Part shown: one piece after another, positions 39,677 to 50,789 of the stretch
Numbering within the stretch: the first letter of the stretch is position 1
Layout: each line of letters begins with the position of its first letter
The notes under the pieces: model-generated
Database searches by the model: none
What the model was told of the DNA's origin: nothing
What the model saw: only the letters and a program-made list of their open reading frames with translations
Origin: Podarcis tiliguerta
Taxonomy: Eukaryota
DNA length: 64,000 nucleotides
Strand: one strand, 5' to 3'
NCBI GenBank assembly: GCA_965153285.1
Contig: OZ229111.1
Program-made: the position numbers and the translations under genes

Positions 39677-41350
39677 GCCTAGGTTAACCAGAATGTTTTG
39701 AATTTATGGAAATAGCAAAAATTATGCAGGGGCCTCTAGGAAAGAAAGCAGCAAGATTTCAGGAGGCTGGATGTAGTGGTTAGGAAGTAACGATGAATGG
39801 GACTAAAGGTCACACAAGCGACTCATAATGCTGATTTGAGAGGAAGAAATGTGGCACAAGGGCAAATGGACTTGAATGTCCAGCATTTTAAAAACAAGCA
39901 GTACTTGCAAAGAACACAGGATAGACAAGAACAAGATGATATGTCACTTCAAGAACATTTCCACGAAGCATGGGGATTGCAGAGACCTGGTAGAATCATT
40001 CTGATAAAGAGCTAGATGGTCACCTCTTCACACCACCATGATGTTTGCCTAATAGGGCGATTTTTACCAGCACACCTTTTGTATAGATTTTGAAACATCT
40101 GAATTGGCCTGAATCACTTTAGAGGTCCCCAACTTCAGTTCCGGTGCTTTGGAGAGATCCCCCTTCAGCTCAGACAAGCCTGAAATTTGTCCAAAGTGCT
40201 CCCACTTTTGGGGGGGATCTGTCTGAATCTGCTGCTCATGCCTGTCCTTTACAGGTCATTGGGTCTGACTCCCAGGTAAATGAAAGCCACTGCAGAGATC
40301 TCTGTGGAGGCTAAAGCAAGACTTAGGCTGCAGCCCCCAAATCTCCCAAGTTAATAGAATTTTTGTCATTCTTTTTATGCATTTCAGTGCAGGTGCTGCT
40401 CCAATTTAAATGCGGCATTAGCAAAGTTGAAGGCAACTGTTTTATAGATTTCACCAAACTATTTCATTAGAAGCGCAACTGCATTTGTCCACTTGTTTCT
40501 TTCTAAAACAAATTAAGTTGTTTTGCCAACTCACTTAGGTCATTAGCACGGTCTTTCAGCAGCTTTGGTTGCCTTGGTTCCAATCCATTAATTTAAAACT
40601 GTGGCTTCAGTGAGATTCTCATTTGTGACTTAATGCTTTTATTTTATCCAAGAAAGTCCTTTGTCTCATTCTGCAGTGAACCCTGCTGCTTTAACCCTGA
40701 CCGGAGGTTTTGTTTCACTTAGCTGGCAACGGAGCTCAGGTTCTGTCATTCACACACACACATTTCTTTTAAAATCCTGTTGCATGCCTTCCTCATTTAG
40801 TGAATTACTGTATTCTCAGGAGGCTATTTCAGGAGCAGAAAGCGCTCTATTTGTGTTCAATTTGGGGAATAAGCAGAATGGTTGCTCGTCTTTAATTCCT
40901 GGATTCTTCATCTGCCCCCACTGGGATAAGGAAGGGTGGGGTCAGGTCACTGCCGTCATATTTAAAAGGTATTAACTGCTCTCGGGAGGTATAAAACTGT
41001 TCTGTTCGTGCTTGTTCCCTCAACCCTCTTGGAAATTCCAAGAATCTGTCACCACCCTGATAATTCGGAGCGGGGAGGTGGGGAGAAGATGGTGGAGGGG
41101 TTTCGTGTGCAAGATAAAAATAAATTTTCAGTCAAGTTTTTGGCATGCTTCTGTTTGTATTATTTTCACTGACAGTACTCTAACGCAACCACACACAGAC
41201 TCCCAGGTAAATGTTTATAGGATTGCAGCCTTAATTTTTGTAGGTTAATAGAAGGCTGAACCTCCATCTGCAACGCACTGTACAAGAAACAAAACAAAAC
41301 GAAAAACCCTACTTCAAAGGGTATTTGAACATGTAATGGAAAAGCAGGTT

Positions 41351-41356
41351 TTTATT
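41351..41356 (-). terminator. NR3C1: NR3C1 distal polyadenylation signal AATAAA
   Basis: Minus strand reads CATAATAAAAACCTGCTTTTCCATTA, resembling the recalled human mRNA end. GGGTTTTTCGTTTTGTTTTGTTT follows at ~41287-41309. Confidence 0.85.
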
Positions 41357-44300
41357 ATGTCATTTTGTCCATTATTCAGCATTGCTGTAAATGGCTTACA
41401 TTTACTGCAACTTCTGTACAGACGTGTGGCTTTGAATTTAATAGAACAGCAAAATTTAAAATGAAAAATAAATGCTCAACAGTTCCACACAAGATTTTAC
41501 AATCCAACATTTCACTGTGTAGGTGAAAAGACATGGTTACTACAGAGTTATTCGGCATGAATAAAAAACTACAACTTTTTATTTTTAAACAGGAGTCACT
41601 TGTTTTAATTTTTTTTTACACTGTTTAAAATTACTGTGATAAAAATAACAAAAAAAGCTTTTTAATAATGCCATACACCAGCATAATATAGGATTTGTCC
41701 CCATTATATATCTTTTGTATAATATACAAAATAGAACGTTGACACACTACTGAATCCGTGCTATTAAGCCTGGGCTTGTATGGTTTTGGGGGGTTGGGGC
41801 GAAAGGAGGCTATTTTCACACACGCAGCCTTTTTACCAGCAAACAAAAGCCTCAAAAAGGGCCCTTCAGTGTTTTCCAATAATATGAGGCTTGAAAGTAC
41901 GGTTCCTACATTGACAGCAGTAGCATAAAAATGTGTGTACATTCAGGGCAATTGTGCCCAATTGGTTTTAATATTGACCAGGCAGTGGTGGATGAGGCTC
42001 AATTCTGAAAGAGGCTGGAGACTCTGGTCCCTTTCCACAAAGTACTTAAGCACATACTTTATCTTGCAGTGGGTTCAAAACGCCAGGGCCTTGCCACCCA
42101 TTCCTCAGATGTCTCAACCCTCCTACACTTGAGGGGCCAGAACTGGCCCCATGGGCTTGTCAAAACATGCAAAAGGTTTTCCCCTCCCCTGACATCGATT
42201 TCATTTGCTGAAAATCATGGGAGCCTATTGTTCTGTGATGTCAAAATACCACCCCATGTTTCTATGGGTGTTCCAAAAGGATTCGCTGACATGTCATGCA
42301 GGGCATAAACAGCCCCACTGTGATGAAAGCTTTGTGTAAGCACCACAACAGCAACTTAGTGCTGATGCAACAGTAAAGCTAAGGAGGCATTAACTACCCA
42401 AGTTAATTTTAAAATTTTAACTCTTATGTCCAAAAGCTTACACAGCACCAGGGAAAGCATTTGTGTAACAGTATGTCAGGTAGGTTCTATAAAAGTTCTC
42501 GGGCTTCTGCTCGACGAAGCGGAAGAACGTCTTTGGATTTATTTTCACTTTACTTTGGCACTAAAGTATATAACACTACTTGTCAACAGAAGACACTGTC
42601 TGCAGACACACCTGTAGCTCTGGACCCAGCTTTTCTGTTGGAGCGGGGGGGGGGGTGTGCATCTCTCAAAGAAGATGTTAAGAGCTGTAGAAATTACAGA
42701 CCTCCCCATCCCACCAGCTACCATCCACCTGTACATTTAATATGGTTTTGTAAATAGTACTTTAAAAAAAAAAAAAACTAAAACGGGTTCTGCCTGACAG
42801 CATTTAACTCATTCTTTGCAAGTGTAGAAGGGTTAAGTTCTTTGCATAATCAGCATCGGAATACACACTAGGTTGAAGAATTAAGGCCCCACTGAGTTTC
42901 TGCATGCTGAACAAAATGAAGATGTGCTATCCTATCTTGTGAGCCTGCATATTTGTAATCGCTCCACATGATGTGCGTATATGAATATGGTAAATGGGAC
43001 TAGCCTCGGTTCTCAGTTCTCCACCATCTGCTTTCTTCCCACCTCTGTTCCTAATACGCTGTTATTCTGTCAAGTTAAGTGGCTGTGTTTCTAAAGGTAG
43101 GCTGGCACTTGTTCCCCCAGTTGTGCGCACTTTCTCAGCCTCTGCTGTTTTCAAGGAAACTCAATGCTGCATTTTTGGTTTAATACGGTACGGCTGGCAA
43201 GATTGGCAAACCAATCCTAAGCACATTTGCCTGGAAGTCAGTCCCAAAGATTTTATAGGACTTACTTCGAAGTAAATGTGCTCAGGCTTAAGGCTAAGGC
43301 TCTCAGTTACTTTAGTGGTGTATAAGTGATAAAATTTCCTCTCTCCGCTTGCATGCCCTAACATATCCTATGAAAGGCCATTCCTATTAGTTTCCAAGTG
43401 CAATTCTAACATACAGCATGCATATCTGGGGCTACCCATCTTATTTCTGTTAGCATGTTGTGGCAAGGCACTGAAGAGACAGAAGTCAGAATATTCCCTG
43501 CTTTATTTGAAGTGCTGATTTTCCCCAGCATGAAAAAGACTAGCCAGACAAGAAACAACATACCTTTTGCTGATGCTTACGTACTTTAAATGGCTTGTAC
43601 TTATATTCTTAACAGCACATTTAAATTGAAAGATCTTTTCCAGAATCAGCATTTTTAAAAAGTGAAATCAAAGTCCAAAAACTGAGCAAAAATACATGAA
43701 ATCAAAAGAATTAGAGCCTCTTTTCCACCGCTGAAGTACTTGTTTGCACATAGTCATAATATTGATTTCTGTATACCTCACTTGTATAGGTAAACCACCA
43801 CACATACATTTGTCCATGGATGCAGTGCTAGCTTCCTTAAACTTGGACTAAAATGTTTACTACACATCAGTTCCCAAGTTCAACTTTCCAAATTTTCCTT
43901 TGAAATAAAGACAGGGTGTCATGATTTATCTTTTCAGGAACCTTTTTGAAACCAAATACTTGAGTCTCTTAGCATTAACTAAAATCAGGCAGAATACACG
44001 TTTTCATCCCAATGGTTTGCAAACTAATGTTAAAATACTCTCTGAAGCTTAGATTAACTGTTAAAACATACATACTTTAAAGAGCTTATTCAAGAAGAGA
44101 GACAGGTTTCTTACCTGTTTCTGGTATCCTTTGAGTGGTCATCTGTGCATAACACAACTGTATTCTATGCAGAACATGTTTAGAACCTTCCAGAGCCCTA
44201 GCCAGGGAGCTGGTGCTCCTGTGGAAAAGTTCACAGAGAGAAACGCAGGCAGCACATTCTCAAGGAGGTGGTGCTTGCCCTATCCCCCCTCCCCTCCCCT

Positions 44301-45481
44301 CCCCTCCCCTCCCCAGATAATTGCAAAGAGGCTCGCAGCACCAGAGGATGAGTTACTTGACAAAAGCTCTGTAAGGTTCTCAAGATGCTATGCATAGGTG
44401 CAGCACCCAATTGTGGGACTGCACAGAGATCAAAAAGAATGATTACTGTTATTAAAAGGTAGTATTTTACTTGAAAGTAGCTGGGGATTTCCATTTATGA
44501 GCTTAACGTTTGTTGTTGGTGTTGTTTTTTTAAAAAAAAGATTTAAAAACAGATAGTTCAGGTAAAAACTCCTATTTTACCAGGAGCATTTTTGTTGAAT
44601 AATTAGAAATGTATTTAGTAGATGGTGAACAACCTATGCTCTATTATTTACATATTGCTGGTACCTGTATGCATTTTAACTGCCAAATTTGTCTCACTGT
44701 TTTGCGGTGCTCTGTGAGGCTATATGTGAAAGTAACCCCATACATAGAGAAGTGTGGACATACGAACACACTACTTTATTTTTTGGGGGGTGGGATAGGG
44801 GGAAGGGTCAAATAAACCTGCACATCTGCTGCAGGTTTAGTCCTGGAATGTGAGGGGACCAAGCGCACGGGCTGGGCAATTAAATTCAACCTCCAGCTCC
44901 CGTGTTTTTCTTACAGCGGACTAATGGATTTAGGTTTCAGCCCGAGGAACTCCCACCGAATATGGGTAAGTGCCTTTAAAACAAAAAGGAAAGCAAAAGG
45001 AAAGGATAAAAACAAACAAACAATAGAAACACACCAAGTAAAACTAGAGTACCTCTTTAGATACTTCAGAACAATGCTGCCAGGATTAATACTTCCAGAC
45101 AAACCACAATTTGTATGGGTTACCATTTAACACATTTGTGACCCCTAGAAAAAATATATCACATGTCATGATAAAGCAATCTGTCATCTAAAAACCATTC
45201 TTATGATACACTATACAAGCTATTTTACAATAATTTGATAAATTGCTTTTAAAGCTGTAGTAGCCCTTCCTTCCTTTTCAAACTCTACCAAATGATATCT
45301 ATTTGAAAATATAACTAAAAAAATATTAGTAGCATCATATTACATTTGATTGTTAACTCCTGTTAAGTAATTAAACCCCCATTAATTTCTTTTTACAGAA
45401 ATATCCAGGCCACTTTGAACAAAAATATTTTTTCTTTCTTTCTTTTGAGTGGCGTAGCATTTACAATTTTCTGAGAATTCC

Positions 45482-45489
45482 TAAGGTGC
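45482..45489 (-). promoter_or_regulatory. miR-18 8-mer seed match GCACCTTA in NR3C1 3'UTR
   Basis: Exact 8-mer in the mRNA sense, inside a conserved-looking block. miR-18 repression of GR is established in mammals. Confidence 0.65.
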
Positions 45490-47225
45490 TCAGAGGATAG
45501 GCTACTACAGCTTGCAAATTGTTTTAAAATATAAATCAATGATGACAAGGAAAAATTCACAAGACTTACATGGTTGTAAATTCACAAGACTTATATGGTG
45601 GTTGTTTTTATGGCACACTAGTAGTTTGATGCAGAAGGGTTGGGAGACGTACAGAGACAAAGCTCTAGTCTACACCACTAAATCAGTAGCGGAATTTTCG
45701 TGTTCTCCAGGAAACAAGATAGGATTGTTTGGGTGACAAATGAAGTGAAAATGGGTGTGTAAGAACACAAGTTTAGGGTTTTTATTTTCCAGAAAAGAGT
45801 TGTTTCTTTCTGTAGTTTGGTCTATTTTATTTTCTGCATAAAGGTAAAAATCTTACTTGAAGTAAAATCTTTTAAGAATCATTATAATACTAAACATAAT
45901 ATATACTGGGCATAATTACATTTATTTTTGTAATTCAATGATATTTATGTATATGTGTTTATATAAAGTATGTATACGTGTACGTATATACACATATAGA
46001 GTTCCTGACTATTGAAGTCAACAGAAATGAACCATCAACCTAAAATAGAGTCAAGATTTTGCCCAATCCAGGGAGTGATCCACAAGCAGAAACTGGCTTC
46101 TTTCTACTTATTGTTCTGCTTTACTGGGGTTCAAAAAGCTGTTGCAAAGGTAGGCTTGGGTGTGTGTGTTCAGGACTCGGGGCACTACTGCACTGGTGAG
46201 GCATGAGCTGCAGTACTATCATCTCGTAAGGCAGCCTTGCCATCCTCCAACCCCTTCCCCATAGGTTATAAGAAGCGGCAGTGCCAATCACATCTTAGGT
46301 TGGAGGGAGCAGATTCTCTGGAATGGCAACACTGGCTGTAATCCAACAATTCTGAGAAACCCAAGGAGGCAATTGCACAGCTTTGCACTTGTGGGAAAAA
46401 AAGATGAACTGATCATCAATATTGTCCTCCAAATAATTTTAAAAAAGCACAGGTTTTGCTACTTCTTAGTTATGTCCAAGGAGAACAGCAGACATGCCAA
46501 TTTTGGTGCACATCAGTTTTGTTCTGCGTTATGACAGTTGCTCTGGATTGTGGCCACTGTATATATAATATACACTGATGCACACAGAAGTACACACTCA
46601 TATGGCAATAGACTGAGTATGGAAAAAGTTAATTTTTCCATGTAGAAGTAAACTTTTAAACAATTATGCATATTTTCCTGAAGGTTTCCTGATGGGCAGT
46701 CAAGACTGATGTTTTTACTGTCAATCCAGCCCAAGAATCTTACAATTATGGCTATCACATTAAATGTAAATATCTAGTATGCTTTGTTTTAAAAAAAAAA
46801 GTTTCTGTTGACAAACCTGTTTAAGACAGAGCTAGTTTGCAAGTAGCTCACAGAATCTTTGACCAATATCAAAAGTATGCATGTCCAGTGTTCAGGTTAG
46901 ATTTGGATTACATTTCAATCCCTCCCACCCCACCCCCGCCACTGAAGAAAGCTGATTTTTATAGGCCAAATTTAAAAGGTGACATCTAAAAGGTGACTAT
47001 GACAGTCTTGATCAGGTTAGAAAAGTCAACCTATATTCACATGAGTATACTTAAAAGATTAATATCTAGAGGTCATTAAGCTATGAGCTGCCCCACTTTA
47101 AAAAAACAGCTGTACAATAGGCATCTTGACGTTTTACAAAAATTATGTAAGAAAAAATGAGCAAGCTTAGTTCACTGTATATAAAGTTAAAGGAAATTGC
47201 TAAAACCAGACAGTAATAGCTATAA

Positions 47226-47232
47226 AAGGCAC
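47226..47232 (-). promoter_or_regulatory. miR-124 seed match GTGCCTT in NR3C1 3'UTR (further TGCCTTA sites at 47660-47666 and 47679-47685)
   Basis: Exact seed matches in the mRNA sense. miR-124 repression of GR is established in mammals. Confidence 0.65.
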
Positions 47233-47686
47233 AACTTCCCTTTTCCGATATACAGTTGTAAACTTTCTTCATGTTACATGCATAAATCAAAATGCTACCT
47301 TAACTATACAAAAAATCTATACCAAAACAAAAACCTAGAAAATTTTATCCAGCCAACTGCAGAAATTCCTAGCAGAATGTTGACAATGTAGATTCTGAAC
47401 TTGACACTGCTGTTTTGGTATATCCTATCCTGTGAATATGATGGTGTTTCTGGAGGGAAAATCCCAAATCATATTTCCTTCTTCCTGTAATCATTCAGTT
47501 TGAGGCATCTGCTTCTGAAACCTAGGTCTTGGCCCTCTGTAAACCACATGTAGTGCATAATTACAAAACAAAAACAAGAACACCCAATATAGTTGCAAGG
47601 ACAAAATTAACAAGTCTTTTAGTTTGTAAAAAAGAAGCTATAATTGACTTTTTTTTCCTTAAGGCATTATTTCTGTATTAAGGCAG

Positions 47687-47839
47687 TCACTTCTGATGAA
47701 ATAGGAGTTTCTTGATATTCCCATTTGAATATTTTGGTAACTGATTGCTGATGATTTCTGCCAACATTTCTGGAAATTCAATACTCATGGATTTATCCAA
47801 AAACGTTTGGAAGCAAAAGCTTAGAAGATTCTCAACCAC
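47687..47839 (-). CDS. NR3C1: NR3C1 exon 9 (alpha) coding part, helices 11-12/AF-2 and stop
   Basis: Translates [50 protein letters not shown]. Acceptor ttgcag|, TGA at 47687-47689. Confidence 0.98.
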   Translation of the reverse strand: MVENLLSFCFQTFLDKSMSIEFPEMLAEIISNQLPKYSNGNIKKLLFHQK

Positions 47840-48314
47840 CTGCAAATGATAAGAGAATAATTTCTTAAAGGGAGCCTGAATTATCAATACAGTGTAGCAT
47901 ATATAAAATGCTGCAAGACGTTAAATATATCACAGCACAAATTAAAACTGATAAAAGAATGCTGGCTTAAATCAGATTTCAAAGCTGTTTATGAGTAAAA
48001 CTCTTGTTATAAAAATCCACAATGAAATACTGACATATAAAATGCCATCAGGATCCTTCCCACAGGGCAGTTGGTGGAAGGGGCCCTGTGGGGGACGCAC
48101 TAATGTCTTCTTTGCCTGCATCCCTACTTACTGGAATACTTTACAATCAATGGCCTAGAAGGGGCAGTGGGAGTCCAGAAAGGTACCTTTCTGAAGAACC
48201 TTAGCTTTACAATCAGGAAAGCTGTGCCTAGATGGCTTTTTCATTGGCCAGGTTTCATCCACATTGGTACTATCCTCAAATTGCACAGAATCAATGTATG
48301 GAAGCAAAACTTAC

Positions 48315-48472
48315 ATCATGCATGGAGTCCAAAAGTTTTGTCAGTTGATAAAATCGCTGCCAGTTCTGGCTCGAGTTTCCCTCTCTCTTCACTATAGCTT
48401 TCCCCAGTTCTTTGATGTAGGTCATACGAATTTCATCAAACAGAGCCTGACTCCTCAAGCCCTCCTTAGGAA
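48315..48472 (-). CDS. NR3C1: NR3C1 exon 8, LBD (158 nt)
   Basis: Translates (I)[52 protein letters not shown]. Acceptor tttcag|, donor GAT|gtaagt. Confidence 0.98.
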
Positions 48473-49393
48473 CTGAAATATGGAGATTAGTTTTTAGATT
48501 ACCTGAGTTTGTAAGCGTCCTACAACAGGATGTTTCTATTTACCGTAAACCAAGACGAGAAGTTAGAATCATGGTTTTAAATTGCGGATATTTATGCAGA
48601 CAATTGCAGAGAGTTCAGAGTTTCTGCATAAAATAAGTATTGTGAATAACACCATTAAAAGGCCGTTTTGGTTTTGTAGTCTAAGACAGCATGTAGCACA
48701 AGGAAAACCAGTACCCACTCTTGTGCACAAACCTCTCAAATTATAGGAAATTCTAAGTGACCTTGTCCATAGACATAGTATGGTTGTAAGATTTTGCACC
48801 ATGGAGATTAATGTTTCCTGGATTCATCCATCAACCGTGTCTCCAAATGGTGGTATTTCCAGGAAGAAATAAATGGCTATTGATTCTGCTTATTCTTCTA
48901 GTGTACCTAGAAAAATAAAACTCCCTTCTACTGAAAAAGCTTCTGCAAATTTCTCCTCCACAGGACACTACTGGGCTTTGAACATACCAGAGACTCATAC
49001 CTATTATCAGAGTCGACTTAAGTCTGAACAGAGCTTCCTTGTCCAAGCATTTATGTGCAAACTTTCATCAGCTCTCCAGCTACCACAAAGCTTGAACCAG
49101 TTTAAGAATTGAACATTTTAGTTACTTCTGGTGGCAAAATCGGTTTGGTCCAATAGATATTGTGACAAATTGTTAATTTCAAAATAATTTTAACATGCTT
49201 TTTGGACTATCATTTATGAGGTACACAAATGCTGACCCAAGACTGACAAAATGTGGTGGCCACAGAACTCTCTAATAAAGTGGACCTGAGAGTTCTAAAT
49301 TCAGTTCCCAGATCAGTGTTGAAGGAGAACTCTTTAAAAAGTGGTTTTGGTTGTGTGTTTTTAAAAAAAGAGGAATCACCAATGTTCACGTAC

Positions 49394-49524
49394 TTGTAGA
49401 GAGAAGCAGCAAGGTTTTCATGCAGAGATATTCCTCGTATGAAACTTGAAGACGTGCTAACTCATTAGTAACCATCAGCAAACGCTTGCATTGTTCATAC
49501 ATACAGGGTAAATTCATTCTCTGC
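49394..49524 (-). CDS. NR3C1: NR3C1 exon 7, LBD (131 nt)
   Basis: Translates (E)[43 protein letters not shown]. Acceptor cctcag|, donor CAA|gtacgt. Confidence 0.97.
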
Positions 49525-49858
49525 CTGAGGAGTAAATAGAATATACACATCTGAATCAGTACAAAAGAAATTAATTTGTACCTTGTTTACCAGTAAGGAG
49601 ATGCCTCTATTTACATAAATTCCAGAAATTATAGGCTAGTAAGATATGCATACTTTTTCCAAATGAAGTTGCAAAGCAACGCCTTTAAATAAACTGCAGT
49701 TTTAATATTATTGTGAAAGGTTTACTCATAATAGTAAAATGGTATTTTATCATGAAGGGTAAAATAGATATTTACAGAATTTCCCTTCTGACCTTTCTGC
49801 TGTATAAGTATACAATCTTTTCCTTTTAAAACTTATTGGACTTATGGATTCTCCTATA

Positions 49859-49936
49859 CAGTGGACGCTCGGGTTGCGAACGTGTTCCATGCGGGATGCA
49901 CGTTCGCAACCTGCAGTGGCGCATAAGGTATGACTG
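49859..49936. mobile_element. Short internally deleted mariner/Tigger-like MITE
   Basis: TA|cagtggacgctcgggttgcgaacg...cgttcgcaacc...gactg|TA, with an internal palindrome. Confidence 0.6.
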
Positions 49937-50789
49937 TATTCCATTATTTACAAATCGTCTAGGCATAAGTTATTAACAAGGCAACACAATAAAAACAACA
50001 ACTAGACTTGTAGCCATAGATGACCAGGAAGGAATTCCATACCGATGACAGAGTGGGTTGGCAGAGGAGGAACAAAACCCTCTACTCCTTCTCTGATAAT
50101 CCATGGGATTGGGGATGGCATTGAAGGAAGGAAGCCAGTTTATTAGCGCTTTCCCTGATCTACTAGCCTGTTGAGAAGATATTTGAATTTCCAGACTGGC
50201 CACAAAGGAAGGTAGGTTACTAATGTAAGCGTCTCTCCTTTGTCTTTAGAGTTTAAGCCAATTCTTAGGACTTTATTTCACCTTATTAAATGTTTGGGCG
50301 GGATATTTTATATACTGGTATTTACTGATAAAATACTGATATTTTTTAATGGCTAAGAAAACAGCAAGATCAGTTCAATTTTAGAACTGCGTTTGTTGAA
50401 TTAATATTGCTTTTTTCTATTTTCAAATTTATATCCCTTTTGCACTTTGGCAACAGGGTGTAGCTAGCAGAAAGGCCCACACCCTGTGATATGTTTCTGC
50501 TTGAAGAGGATGTGGGGCGTAGCTTTGAGACTCAAGATGTGCTAAGCTGTAGGTCATATTTTAGATGCTTTGAAAGCCTGCAATTTTAGAATCCTGTATC
50601 ATTACTTGCCACAATTATCATGCAGTACACACTTTATGTGAGAGTAGTATAACTCCTCCCCAATACAAATGAACAGGGAGAGGTACTAGCACTTTCAAAA
50701 CATGGGGGTGATATCCATCCCTGTTAAACTGTTCCCACTATACCTTTCCTTGGTTCAATCCACCCAAAGCTGCTCAGACCATTGAAGAT

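Larger units (their letters stand above)
41334..47686 (-). other. NR3C1: NR3C1 3'UTR (~6.35 kb)
   Basis: Blocks at ~47500-47686, 47070-47370, 45130-45530, 44600-44745 and 41334-41750 resemble the human NR3C1 3'UTR as recalled, in the same order. Ends in AATAAA with a GU/U-rich downstream element. Confidence 0.85.

Noticed and set aside
41334-47686. Human-type exon 9-beta (NVMWLKPESTSHTLI) in the 3'UTR
   Set aside because: No recognisable acceptor plus homologous peptide found by eye.
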